Origin: Novosphingobium sp.
GTDB taxonomy: Bacteria; Pseudomonadota; Alphaproteobacteria; Sphingomonadales; Sphingomonadaceae
Assembly (NCBI RefSeq): GCF_041915465.1
Contig: NZ_JAYSBK010000004.1
Coordinates: forward strand, 13,559-77,558
Direction: 5' to 3'
Length of the DNA: 64,000 nt
The first letter of the stretch is position 1. Each line of letters opens with the position of its first letter. A model generated the notes under the pieces. It saw nothing but the letters and a program-made list of their open reading frames with translations. It was not told the origin of the DNA and searched no databases. This document shows, in pieces, positions 56,096 to 64,000 of the stretch. A program made the translations under genes and the position numbers.

Positions 56096-56974
56096 TCACG
56101 ACATATCCACAGTGCTAAAGCCCACGCGCCGCATAGCCGCGTCAAACGGATCGACCGGGAGCGCGACGAACATCAGCCGCTCGCGACCGAGCGCGTGTTC
56201 GATGGTGAGCTGGTATCCCGGGAGCGCCTGACGCCGCACGATGTCGCGCAGCTCGAAGGCGAAGCGTTTGGGCGGCGACAGCGCGCCGGACTTCAAATGC
56301 AGGTGCTGGAAGTCGAAGCTCCAGCCACCTTTCTGCTTGCCGCCGTGCTTGCGTACGAGCCGGTAAAGCCAGCGTTCGAGCCCGCCAGTCAGCGCGAAAT
56401 AATCGGGGTCGATGGTCAGGACGAGCGCCTGGTCGATCACGCCTTCGTAGAACCAATCGGGCACGATCATTTCGATCCCGAGAGCGCGGCCCGAATGGTC
56501 GAGGCGTTCCTTCCACTCATTGATCCACGAGAAGCGGTGCCGCCGCCGCGCATCGCGCTGGCGGATCGAGGTCGCGATCGTCGTCGATTGCAGCCGGTCG
56601 AGGCCGGCCTTGAGGCGCTCGTAGCTGGCCTTCCCAGTGCCGCGGCGGGTGAACGCAAGGATCTCATGCGGCGTGGCGGCGATCAGTCGCGAGGTCGGGC
56701 GGCCCATGTCGCGTGCCTCGACGATCTGGCTCGCGACCCAGATCAGAACATCGGCGTCCCAGATGGTCGCCATGCCATGTTCGGCGGTGGCCTCGACCAG
56801 AATTGAGACCTCACCCATCCGGAAGTCGATCGGGCGCACCCGTTTCGATTTGGCGAGGCTGAAAAACGGCCAGGCCATCAGGTCCTGCGCATCACGGGCG
56901 GCGATGTTGCCGCCGTGACTGACGAACAGGTCGAGCTGCTGCGTGCTGGCGGGAAAGGCGGACATGCGACGCAT
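56096..56974 (-). CDS. repA: Replication initiator protein A
   Basis: QDLMAWPFFSLAK, GMATIWDADVLIW and GGLERWLYRLVRKHGG motifs. Confidence 0.92.
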   Translation of the reverse strand: MRRMSAFPASTQQLDLFVSHGGNIAARDAQDLMAWPFFSLAKSKRVRPIDFRMGEVSILVEATAEHGMATIWDADVLIWVASQIVEARDMGRPTSRLIAATPHEILAFTRRGTGKASYERLKAGLDRLQSTTIATSIRQRDARRRHRFSWINEWKERLDHSGRALGIEMIVPDWFYEGVIDQALVLTIDPDYFALTGGLERWLYRLVRKHGGKQKGGWSFDFQHLHLKSGALSPPKRFAFELRDIVRRQALPGYQLTIEHALGRERLMFVALPVDPFDAAMRRVGFSTVDMS

Positions 56975-56982
56975 GGGTTCGC

Positions 56983-57255
56983 TCAGCGCCGCACCGGCGG
57001 AGTGTAGCCGTCGAGCCGCTTGGCAGGATGGACAATCCCCTTGCCCGGATCGCTGGTCGAGCGACGCAGGCCCTGTTCGGCCCAGGCATCGAGATCGGCG
57101 ACCGAGTAGACGATCCGCCCCCCGAGCTTGCGGTAGACCGGCCCGGTCCCGAAGCAGCGGTGCTTCTCAAGCGTGCGGGCAGATAGTCCCAGATGCACAG
57201 CGGCATCGGGTGTTCGCAGGAATCTGGCTATTACAGGTGTGGGTCTGGCATCCAT
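56983..57255 (-). CDS. rdfS: AlpA/MerR-like HTH excisionase (recombination directionality factor)
   Basis: FLRTPDAAVHLGLSARTLEKHRCFGTGPVYRKLGGRIVY..DLDAW; first gene of the repA-traF-rlxS operon. Confidence 0.85.
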   Translation of the reverse strand: MDARPTPVIARFLRTPDAAVHLGLSARTLEKHRCFGTGPVYRKLGGRIVYSVADLDAWAEQGLRRSTSDPGKGIVHPAKRLDGYTPPVRR

Positions 57256-57340
57256 GGGCGGCCTCCGCTGAGGTTCGACCACAGCGGCGGGCTGCCGCTG
57301 GTCGCAGGCAGCATTGGCGAAACTGGAATGGGCTGACGGA

Positions 57341-57371
57341 GTGACAGATTGAGCCGGATGAATTCTGTCAC
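57341..57371. promoter_or_regulatory. Inverted repeat upstream of rdfS (candidate FseA-binding site)
   Basis: GTGACAGA-N15-TCTGTCAC perfect 8-bp arms, 86 bp upstream of the rdfS ATG. Confidence 0.6.
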
Positions 57372-57385
57372 CCCACCGGGTTCGC

Positions 57386-58157
57386 TCAGTCGTGGCGAAG
57401 CAGCTTGCGGTATCCGCCGTTAGCCAGGCGGCGCGCTTCTGCAATCAGTCGGAGAGTGTGTCGGCGTTCTCCCGAACCCTTCCAGGTCGCGCCGACCAGC
57501 GGGTGCTGCCGCGGGAAAACGAGGCTGAAGGCGAGATCGCGAGGGCCAGCGCCGGCGTCAAGCGCGTCATGGATGCTCAGCAGCAAGGCGAGCCGTGAAC
57601 GCCGATAGGCGGACGGCGAGGCCGACCGGTCAGGCCCGAGGCGAATTCCGCGCGTCACCCGCTCGAAGCGGGTCGCAGCGGCGAGCCGGGTAGCCGCGCT
57701 CCGATCGTGCTGAATGATCAAGCAATCGGAGAAACCCGAGGGTGCAGCGCGGAGGCACAGGCGAAGCCTTGCCGCGCCGTAGGCCATGACCAGGTGATGT
57801 TCGGTAGGACTGCTCTCATTTGCCAGCGGCTCAAGGCCGGGCGGCAGCGGGATTGCGGCGATGTCTCTGGTTGCGACAACGACGACGTCGGGCGATGCAA
57901 GCGGTGACCAGAGCGCCGGTGTTCTCCGCGGATCGGCGTCCGGCAAGGTGGGGAAAGCTCAGCCCCCATCGTCCGGCCAGACCCTCCTCTTCGGCTTTAG
58001 CGCTTGCGGAATCTCTGGCGATCCGGTCCTGTGTCTCGGCATAATCTTGCAAGTAGGCGGAATTGCGCTGCAGAAACTCCTGCGCAAAGTCTGCGTAATC
58101 GTGGTGCGCGTATCTCTCTGATACATTTGGCGATCGCCAAGATGATCCACCCGACAC
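57386..58157 (-). CDS. fseA: FseA-like transcriptional activator: DUF6499 ORF (58157-57831) and DUF2285 ORF (57952-57386) joined by a +1 programmed frameshift, about 256 aa
   Basis: WRS..DYADFAQEFLQRN and RWGLSFP in frame 0; DUF2285 HTH (IHDALDAGAGPRDLA..ERRHTLRLIAEARRLANGGYRKLL) in the +1 frame; slippery motif CGA TGG GGG CTG AGC TTT CCC. Confidence 0.85.
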
Positions 58158-58311
58158 ATCCGATCTCCGCGAGTTCAGGTGAAACGGTCTTATGTAAGTA
58201 TTTGAATATCAGAATTTCTTGGCAAGGTCCGTGACTGCAGCGAGTTCTCCGCGCAAAGGTAGAACTATGCAGTCACCTTTCGCGCTTCGATGAGATCCGG
58301 CAGGATGATCA

Positions 58312-58566
58312 TCACTTCTGGAGCAGGTGCCGGAACCCGCTGTCACGCATCCAGTGCGCGCGATCCAGGTGGCTGGAAAAAATGAGCCTTGCATGTTCTG
58401 TGTCTGCATCAGGTTCGATCTCGAAGACGATGCGCACGATCTCGCGCCAGTCCGCCCCTTCAGCCTCGGCATCGAGCAAGCGCAGGTATGTGACGAGGTT
58501 TTGCTCGTCATAAGCGGTTATGCCATCGCCTTGCGGCGGTTCAGTCAGGAAATGCATTTTTGCCAT
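58312..58566 (-). CDS. qseM: QseM-like antiactivator (small DUF2285 protein)
   Basis: EPP..ITAYDE..YLRLLDAEAEGADWREIVRIV..SSHLDRAHWM..GFRHLL. Confidence 0.85.
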   Translation of the reverse strand: MAKMHFLTEPPQGDGITAYDEQNLVTYLRLLDAEAEGADWREIVRIVFEIEPDADTEHARLIFSSHLDRAHWMRDSGFRHLLQK

Positions 58567-58615
58567 TGGACCCGCCGGAGTGGCTCACCCGAATCACGCC
58601 ACCACGCTGATCGTG

Positions 58616-58790
58616 GTGTATACACGATATCAGTGGCTCATACTTAGCCCAGACAGGGGATAAAGACCCCCAACTGAGGGACAACGTCGCTCTCGCGTTG
58701 CGATGAAGCGGACTCGCTGCACGACCACCGGTCGTCTGGCCACTGCCTGAATCAATCGGAGCGACGAGTATACTCCGTGGTTAAATACTC
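58616..58790. promoter_or_regulatory. Palindromic candidate QseC operators in the qseM-qseC intergenic region
   Basis: GTGTATACAC (58616-58625) and GAGTATACTC (58766-58775), plus a second TACTC half-site 15 bp further on (58786-58790). Confidence 0.55.
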
Positions 58791-58813
58791 TGCAATGGCC
58801 GTCATTGCGTGCA

Positions 58814-59023
58814 ATGACTTTGCGCGAGGTCCTTGCAGAGAATTTGAAACGGCACCGGTTGGCAGCGGGTTTGTCGCAGGAAGAGCTCGCCCATCGCGCC
58901 GACATCGACCGGACCTACGTCAGCAGCCTCGAACGCTGCCAATACGCGGCTACCGTTGACGTCATCGAAAAGCTTGCGCGTGAGTTGAAGGTCGACGCCT
59001 CACTTCTGCTGCAGCAGCCCTGA
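58814..59023 (+). CDS. qseC: XRE-family HTH control protein, QseC-like
   Basis: NLKRHRLAAGLSQEELAHRADIDRTYVSSLER; divergent from qseM. Confidence 0.85.
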   Translation: MTLREVLAENLKRHRLAAGLSQEELAHRADIDRTYVSSLERCQYAATVDVIEKLARELKVDASLLLQQP

Positions 59024-59054
59024 GCTTCCGGCGCTGCCGATGAACACGCCGAAG

Positions 59055-59080
59055 CCCCGCCCGGCAGGTGCCGAGCGGGG
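59055..59080 (-). terminator. GC-rich hairpin downstream of DUF736 copy 2 and qseC
   Basis: CCCCGCCCGGCAGGTGCCGAGCGGGG stem-loop between convergent genes. Confidence 0.5.
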
Positions 59081-59092
59081 TTGGCTTGGCGG

Positions 59093-59413
59093 TCAGTCGC
59101 CGTTGGTGCGGCGGGCGCGGGACCAGATCAGGTTGAAGCTCTTGCCGTCTTCGTCGTCGAACAGGTTGGCGAAGATCGGGGCGGTGAAGCTGGGATCGTC
59201 GAGCTTGACCGAGAGATAGTCGCGGCCTTCGTTCGAGGTCTTGGTCCAGGCGGCGCCGATTTCCGCGCGGCCGACGAAGACCCGGTGCGACGGTGCGTTC
59301 TCGTTGTCGCTGGCTTCGGGGACGATGCGGACGTTCTTCTGCTGCACCGACATGGTGACGATCTCGCCCTTGTATTCGTTGCCGGTCTTGGTGAAAGTTC
59401 CGATGTTGGCCAT
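59093..59413 (-). CDS. DUF736 family protein, copy 2
   Basis: MANIGTF..NAPSHRVF..EIGAAW..DYLSVKLDDPSF..LIWSR. Confidence 0.92.
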   Translation of the reverse strand: MANIGTFTKTGNEYKGEIVTMSVQQKNVRIVPEASDNENAPSHRVFVGRAEIGAAWTKTSNEGRDYLSVKLDDPSFTAPIFANLFDDEDGKSFNLIWSRARRTNGD

Positions 59414-59982
59414 GATGATTTCCTTCAAGTTGGTCGAACCCGCGCCCATCGCGGCCTCGATGGCTGGTTGAAGGCAGGGGCTTGTGCCCGCTGCACCGGA
59501 ACGGCCGAAACAGAGTGGAGGACGGTGGCCAGACGGCTTTCTTGCCTCGCGAGGAATGGGCGGCACGCCCAGGGGAAGAAAGTCGGCGCAGGCGGCGTTG
59601 CAGCAAGGGATCAAGCGGCGAAGCCATCCCCTGCCAACCAAAGCCATTGAAGAGGCGGCATTGGGCTCGGGTCGCACTTGACCGGGCGTCATGGCACTTC
59701 CCGGACTTCGCAGACCGGGCTTCGACCGGGCGGATATCGTCACTCAGCGCGCTAGCTGGTCGTTACCGCAGATCCAGACATCGGCAACGGTGATGCGCCA
59801 CCTTCTGCCCTGATCGTGATCCGCGCATTCGGCCCGTTATGGCCCGGACTCCAACTGGCTTGAATTCTCGGTCGCGCTCGGCCCCGGACACCGACCTGAC
59901 CCATCCCAACCGGAACGAGAAAGGCCGAACCTGCCACCTGATCGCAACGCCTGCCTCCTAACGGCTGAACTGACCGCGCCAG

Positions 59983-60008
59983 CCCCGCCCGGCACCTGCC
60001 GGCCGGGG
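59983..60008 (-). terminator. GC-rich hairpin nearly identical to the 59055-59080 hairpin (reverse orientation)
   Basis: CCCCGCCCGGCACCTGCCGGCCGGGG just downstream of the 60026 stop. Confidence 0.45.
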
Positions 60009-60025
60009 CTCGGAAAATGACGAAG

Positions 60026-60430
60026 CTATTGGCGGGCGCGGCTCCACTGTGTCCAGGATGCCGCGGTGACAACTGCAGCGCCGAGCAGCGAAACGGTTGG
60101 CTGCCATGCACCTTGGGGCATGGTCGCAACGGCGATGCCGTGGACGGCGTTATAGCCGGCGACTGCGGCGGGAGCAGCGAAAGCGAAGCCGATCGCTGCC
60201 CGCGTCATCTCGGACTTCGCGAAGGCCAATGCGAGCTGAACGGCAGCGAGCAGGACGACCGCAGCAATGGCTGCGGCGGCGAGCGCAGCGACGATGCCAC
60301 TGTCACTGCGGTAGGTCGCCGAACCAGCCAGAAAGGCCACAAACAGCGGCAGCGCGTAGATCGAAAGGCGGAAAAGCAGCGCGCAGCACATGAAAACCGC
60401 GACAATTATCAGGGCAAAGCCGATCAGCAT
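60026..60430 (-). CDS. Conserved ICE membrane protein
   Basis: Four hydrophobic segments; YALPLFVA and FAAPAAVAGY motifs; GGAGG RBS. Confidence 0.7.
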   Translation of the reverse strand: MLIGFALIIVAVFMCCALLFRLSIYALPLFVAFLAGSATYRSDSGIVAALAAAAIAAVVLLAAVQLALAFAKSEMTRAAIGFAFAAPAAVAGYNAVHGIAVATMPQGAWQPTVSLLGAAVVTAASWTQWSRARQ

Positions 60431-60573
60431 GGCGTCCTCCTTGAAGCCAAGGGCAAGGGACGCGCTCTCCACCTCCACCGCAGCGCATTGTGCAGGAAAT
60501 CCATAGCAGAGACGCCTACCGGCTGGAATACCCGAAGGGCATCCAGCCGTGCGGTACTGCGCGATTTGCGCGG

Positions 60574-60738
60574 TCAGGGATTGAACGGGTCATATTCGCG
60601 AACGATGCTGTCGGCATTGCCATCGAATTCTGAGGTCGGAACGGCGGCGTAGCCGTTGCCGGCGTGGAACAGGGTGACGCAGACCATCAGTGTGCGGGCG
60701 AGGCTCCAGGCGTGACGCTGTGCGATGGTGAGTGACAT
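60574..60738 (-). CDS. Small conserved hypothetical protein
   Basis: 54 aa, AWSLARTLMVCVTLF..EFDGNADSIVREYDPF; GGAG RBS upstream. Confidence 0.65.
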   Translation of the reverse strand: MSLTIAQRHAWSLARTLMVCVTLFHAGNGYAAVPTSEFDGNADSIVREYDPFNP

Positions 60739-60955
60739 GTTCGAGCTCCTGTCTCGAAGCAGGGACCATCCCCGCTCGACAGGCCCCGGACAGACGGCGC
60801 AAAGCCGCAATCACCACGAAGGCGTAGACGCAGTGGCCGCACGCGCAGCGTAGCGGACCCTTCACGGGTTGATTGAAGGAGGCTTTGAGGCGGCCAACGG
60901 ATTGGCCGATGAGAGTGGGGTGGATTCCATGCTTCGAGTTGGATCGAAGTTGGGT

Positions 60956-61657
60956 CTACGTTAGTTTTAGCCAGTCCCAGCCCAGCCAAGCCACCACCCA
61001 AAGCGCAAGTGCGAATCCAATCGGCTTGAGTATAGAAAGAAACGACGCCGTGACGAAGGTGCGGGCTCCGAAGCTTGCTATCCCCAGCAAAACGCTCCAA
61101 CCGGGCGCCTTCCGAAATTTGCCGCCTTCACCGCGACTGCAAACTCGGCGCAACAACCAAATCCGCCATCGCTCACCCAGCGTCGCAGTCATATCAATGC
61201 TTGAGACATGAGCGTAAGCGACTAAGATCTTGAGATCGCGTTCCATCCCTTCGATAATTTTTATGCCGCTGGTAGCGCCGATCTGAAGGAACAAGTGATC
61301 CTCAAAAGTTCGAGCCAAGTCTGATTTGGCGGGATAGAGAATGGTCGCAAATCCAATATCACCCAAGCTGTACACCAATGTTGGGCCATTCTCGGCCGCG
61401 GTCTTTGATCTGTCGGTTGTCAGCCGAAACATGGAGCGATTGCCAAAACTGAACTGAAGTGTGTCGGGGTTTGAGCGATCAATCCAAAAGCTATAGATAC
61501 GCTCAAGTTCGTCAAAGCCTGATACCCGGTGGGCCCTTTCCAGAATTGCCTCATCACTTTGGTTTTGCAGCAATGAAATCTCGTGCCGCATGTCGCGTCG
61601 GCGCTGCCACATTGCTAAAAGCGGGTTACGTCGCGGATCTGGTGAGTGCGCATTCAT
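60956..61657 (-). CDS. Hypothetical protein with C-terminal transmembrane segments (AT-richer than the backbone)
   Basis: 233-aa ORF starting 28 bp after the DUF2493 stop; hydrophobic C-terminus. Confidence 0.6.
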   Translation of the reverse strand: MNAHSPDPRRNPLLAMWQRRRDMRHEISLLQNQSDEAILERAHRVSGFDELERIYSFWIDRSNPDTLQFSFGNRSMFRLTTDRSKTAAENGPTLVYSLGDIGFATILYPAKSDLARTFEDHLFLQIGATSGIKIIEGMERDLKILVAYAHVSSIDMTATLGERWRIWLLRRVCSRGEGGKFRKAPGWSVLLGIASFGARTFVTASFLSILKPIGFALALWVVAWLGWDWLKLT

Positions 61658-61684
61658 AGTCGCTTTCTTGGACCAAAAGCGGGA

Positions 61685-62596
61685 TTATTCAATCGCCCAA
61701 ACCGAAATCCCCATCTTGCGCGCCTTGTCGACTAGGTTGGCATTGATGCCATTGCCCGGACAGGCGACCACGGCCTTGGGCAGCACTTCGAGCATCTGAT
61801 CGTTGCGGCGGAACGGTGCGGCCTTCTTGAACCGCTCCCAGTCCGGCCGGAACGGGACGTGGGTGATCTTGCGTGCGCGTGCCCAGAGCGAGGCGATATG
61901 TTCGCCGCCGGTCGGGTTGCCGCCATGGAACAGGACCATGTCGGGATATTTGGCGAGAACCTTGTCGAGCACGGCCCAGATGCGGCCATGATCCTGATAG
62001 GCAGGTCCGGAGGTGAACGCGATGCGGGTGCCGGTCGGGAGCAAAGGTTCGGTTTCCGCACGACGCTTGGCGGCGAGGAAATCTCGGCTGTCGATCATCG
62101 CGGCAGTCAAGGTGCGGTGATTCACGAGTGATCCGGAGCGCGGGGTCCAGGCCTTGCGGAAATGGGCTTCGAACTGGTCGGAAGCAGCCTCGCGCATGAA
62201 CTCCATCGCGTTGCGCCGTTCGATCAAGCCGATGCCTTCGTTGACGAGACGTTCAAGCTCGACCGATTTGACCTCGGAGCCATCCTGTTCGCGCTGACTG
62301 CGCTTCTGGGCGTCCTCGTTGTCGTCGAGCTCGCGCTGGATGCGACCTTCGGCGCGGTGGAAGAGGTTGGCGAGCGACCAGCACAGGTCTTCAAGGTCGG
62401 GTTCGAGCCTGGTGTCGATCATGGTGGCGATGAGGGCGTCGAACATGTCGGCGACAGCGCCAGCGGCGATGCGCTCTTCGGGCAGTGGCCGGGGGTCGGC
62501 TTCATCCGAGAAGGGGCGATAGCCGTAGAGGGCGACTTCATCGAGGAGATGGGCGGTGGGTGACAATTCGTGATTGGGTTCTTGCTGGTAGGCCAT
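61685..62596 (-). CDS. DUF2493 / YspA-like SLOG domain protein
   Basis: RIAFTSG..LFHGG..WARARKI..PFRRNDQML..VACPGNGINANLVDKARKMGI SLOG motif. Confidence 0.88.
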   Translation of the reverse strand: MAYQQEPNHELSPTAHLLDEVALYGYRPFSDEADPRPLPEERIAAGAVADMFDALIATMIDTRLEPDLEDLCWSLANLFHRAEGRIQRELDDNEDAQKRSQREQDGSEVKSVELERLVNEGIGLIERRNAMEFMREAASDQFEAHFRKAWTPRSGSLVNHRTLTAAMIDSRDFLAAKRRAETEPLLPTGTRIAFTSGPAYQDHGRIWAVLDKVLAKYPDMVLFHGGNPTGGEHIASLWARARKITHVPFRPDWERFKKAAPFRRNDQMLEVLPKAVVACPGNGINANLVDKARKMGISVWAIE

Positions 62597-62830
62597 GATT
62601 GCGGTCCTTGAGGATCTGAGCCGGACACCTCGCCCGGCCTTCCGGCGATCCCTCTGAGCGGTGGCGGGGTGGCCGCACCCTTGTGGTCGCAACGCAGTGG
62701 AGCATGGCGCAGCCATTGCGGCCGCCCCGCCGCCGGTCTTCAGATCGCCCCCAAAGAAGGCCGGGTGCACGGTGTGATGCCCGGACCTGCCTATGCCGCG
62801 GGTCCTGACCCGATCCCGTCTCGGCCAGCC

Positions 62831-63883
62831 TCAGCGACGAAGAAACCTGACCCGGTCGGCGTCGTGCAATTGGGCGATCAAGCGCTCGCCAAGTAACGAT
62901 GACCCATCGCGCCGCAAGTCATCGTTGAAGTCGCCCAGCTCCGGCATGAGCGGGAGAAGTTCGATCCCCACCGCCTGTGCCCGCTCGGCCAGGATCGCAA
63001 AGGCCGCGTCGCCTGCCGCATCGCGATCGCGCGCGACGTAGAGGCGGCGCAGTGTCAGCGGAAACAGGATGGCGGCAAGGTGCGAAGAAGACGTGGCGGC
63101 AGCGAGTGGCAAAGTCGGCAGGACTTGGCGCAACGAGAGCATGGTTTCGATGCCCTCGCCCGCGACCATCATGTCCTCGCACTGGCCGAACCGGATGGCA
63201 TTGCCGAGGATATTGCCCATTGCCCGGCGTGGCGACGCAACATTGGCCTTAGCAGAACCTGCCGGGTCCAGCCAGGTTCGATGTGTGCCGGTTTGGGTGC
63301 CGTCGAGATCGGTGACCTCCGCGATCAGGGCAGGAAATGCTCCGGGCGTTCCTGGCACATCGTCGTCATTGGGCCGATAGAAACAACGCGGATGGAACCG
63401 CAAGGCTGGCAGGTCGGCAAGCTGCGTAATCCCGCGATTTTGCAGGTATCGCGCCGCCAGCGTGCCGATGAGTGGCTTCGACGCAGCGAACAGTTTCTGC
63501 GCGGCAGTGGGCGACCCTGGGCGTGCCGGTGGACCGGGCACAAGTTTGCGCTGCTCGTCGTCATCGTCTGTCGGAGGCAGCGAAAGAAAGCGTTCAGCCT
63601 CCTTAATGGTCTCGGCGAGCCGTCCATGCCGTTGATTTAGCCGGATCAGATCGATGAGATCGCCGTGTTCGCCAGTCGCGGCATCGACCCAGTTTCCGAT
63701 CGCACCGCGCTCGGTCTCGGACAGGCGGACATAAAGACTGCGCCCCGGCGTTCCGACGACATCGCCGATCATCCAGTAGCGCCCCTCGCGCCGCCCGGCG
63801 GGAAGGTAATGGCGGCAGACGGCCTGCGCATTCTGGGCAAGCCGTTCTGACAGGTCTGCCGCGCGGGTGGAAATCCGACTCAT
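62831..63883 (-). CDS. Toprim domain protein (ICE primase-like)
   Basis: N-terminal VCRHYL..GRYW..G region, GTHRTWLDP, VAGEGIETMLS and GDFNDDL motifs. Confidence 0.88.
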   Translation of the reverse strand: MSRISTRAADLSERLAQNAQAVCRHYLPAGRREGRYWMIGDVVGTPGRSLYVRLSETERGAIGNWVDAATGEHGDLIDLIRLNQRHGRLAETIKEAERFLSLPPTDDDDEQRKLVPGPPARPGSPTAAQKLFAASKPLIGTLAARYLQNRGITQLADLPALRFHPRCFYRPNDDDVPGTPGAFPALIAEVTDLDGTQTGTHRTWLDPAGSAKANVASPRRAMGNILGNAIRFGQCEDMMVAGEGIETMLSLRQVLPTLPLAAATSSSHLAAILFPLTLRRLYVARDRDAAGDAAFAILAERAQAVGIELLPLMPELGDFNDDLRRDGSSLLGERLIAQLHDADRVRFLRR

Positions 63884-63884
63884 G

Positions 63885-64000
63885 TCACGCGGCCTTCCGG
63901 TCGATGATGCGCGCGAGTGGATGACGTTCGAACAATCGCTGGATCACTGCCGAACCTGTCACCGCATCGTCAGGGACGAAGAGGCGCAGTTTCCAGCTGA
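63885..64000 (-). CDS. C-terminus of a strawberry-notch-like helicase/methylase ICE protein (partial)
   Basis: Manual translation SWKLRLFVPDDAVTGSAVIQRLFERHPLARIIDRKAA*; usual position upstream of the toprim gene. Confidence 0.65.
   Translation of the reverse strand, partial: SWKLRLFVPDDAVTGSAVIQRLFERHPLARIIDRKAA

Larger units (their letters stand above)
8587..64000. mobile_element. Integrative conjugative element (trbBCDEJKLFGI/traG/rlxS backbone, Tn4371/ICEMlSym-related) inserted at tRNA-Gly; right end and integrase not in window
   Basis: Complete P-type trb operon, coupling protein, relaxase, traF, repA, rdfS, fseA/qseM/qseC, toprim and DUF2493 genes; housekeeping synteny ends abruptly at the tRNA 3' end. 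Confidence 0.88.

Noticed and set aside
1-64000. CRISPR array, rRNA, integrase or intact transposase
   Set aside because: No regularly spaced repeat-spacer array, rRNA sequence, tyrosine/serine recombinase or DDE transposase motif was seen in the window.

Overview
GC-rich alphaproteobacterial chromosome, most likely a sphingomonad (Novosphingobium-like, inferred from gene content). Positions 1-8.5 kb are housekeeping genes (nupC, yhhQ, argB, yggT, folD, marC, LON-N protein, ybbN/cnoX) ending at tRNA-Gly(GCC), 8512-8586. From the tRNA 3' end to beyond the right edge lies an integrative conjugative element (ICE) with a trb/traG/rlxS backbone and Mesorhizobium-ICE-type rdfS-fseA-qseM-qseC control; no integrase is visible, so it presumably lies outside the window. 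The ICE has two cargo blocks. (1) A 20-kb aromatic catabolism cluster (9.3-29.4 kb) encodes naphthalene-type meta-cleavage and gentisate enzymes but no NahAc/NahB. Instead it has a benzoate-type Rieske dioxygenase with a PdxA/TphB-type dehydrogenase, a VanA/TsaM-type monooxygenase, a flavin monooxygenase and a TonB receptor. One 21-bp operator recurs at four promoters. The set suggests a pathway for naphthoate or other substituted naphthalenes. (2) A four-gene cassette between copG and trbB (40.7-49.1 kb) encodes a Cys/His-rich helical-repeat protein, a PD-(D/E)XK nuclease-like protein, a TIR-like protein and a 996-aa RelA/SpoT-synthetase fusion; it is a candidate undescribed anti-phage system. 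An exact match to the FseA +1 programmed frameshift motif lies at 57951-57971. All calls come from motif recognition by eye; no database searches were run.
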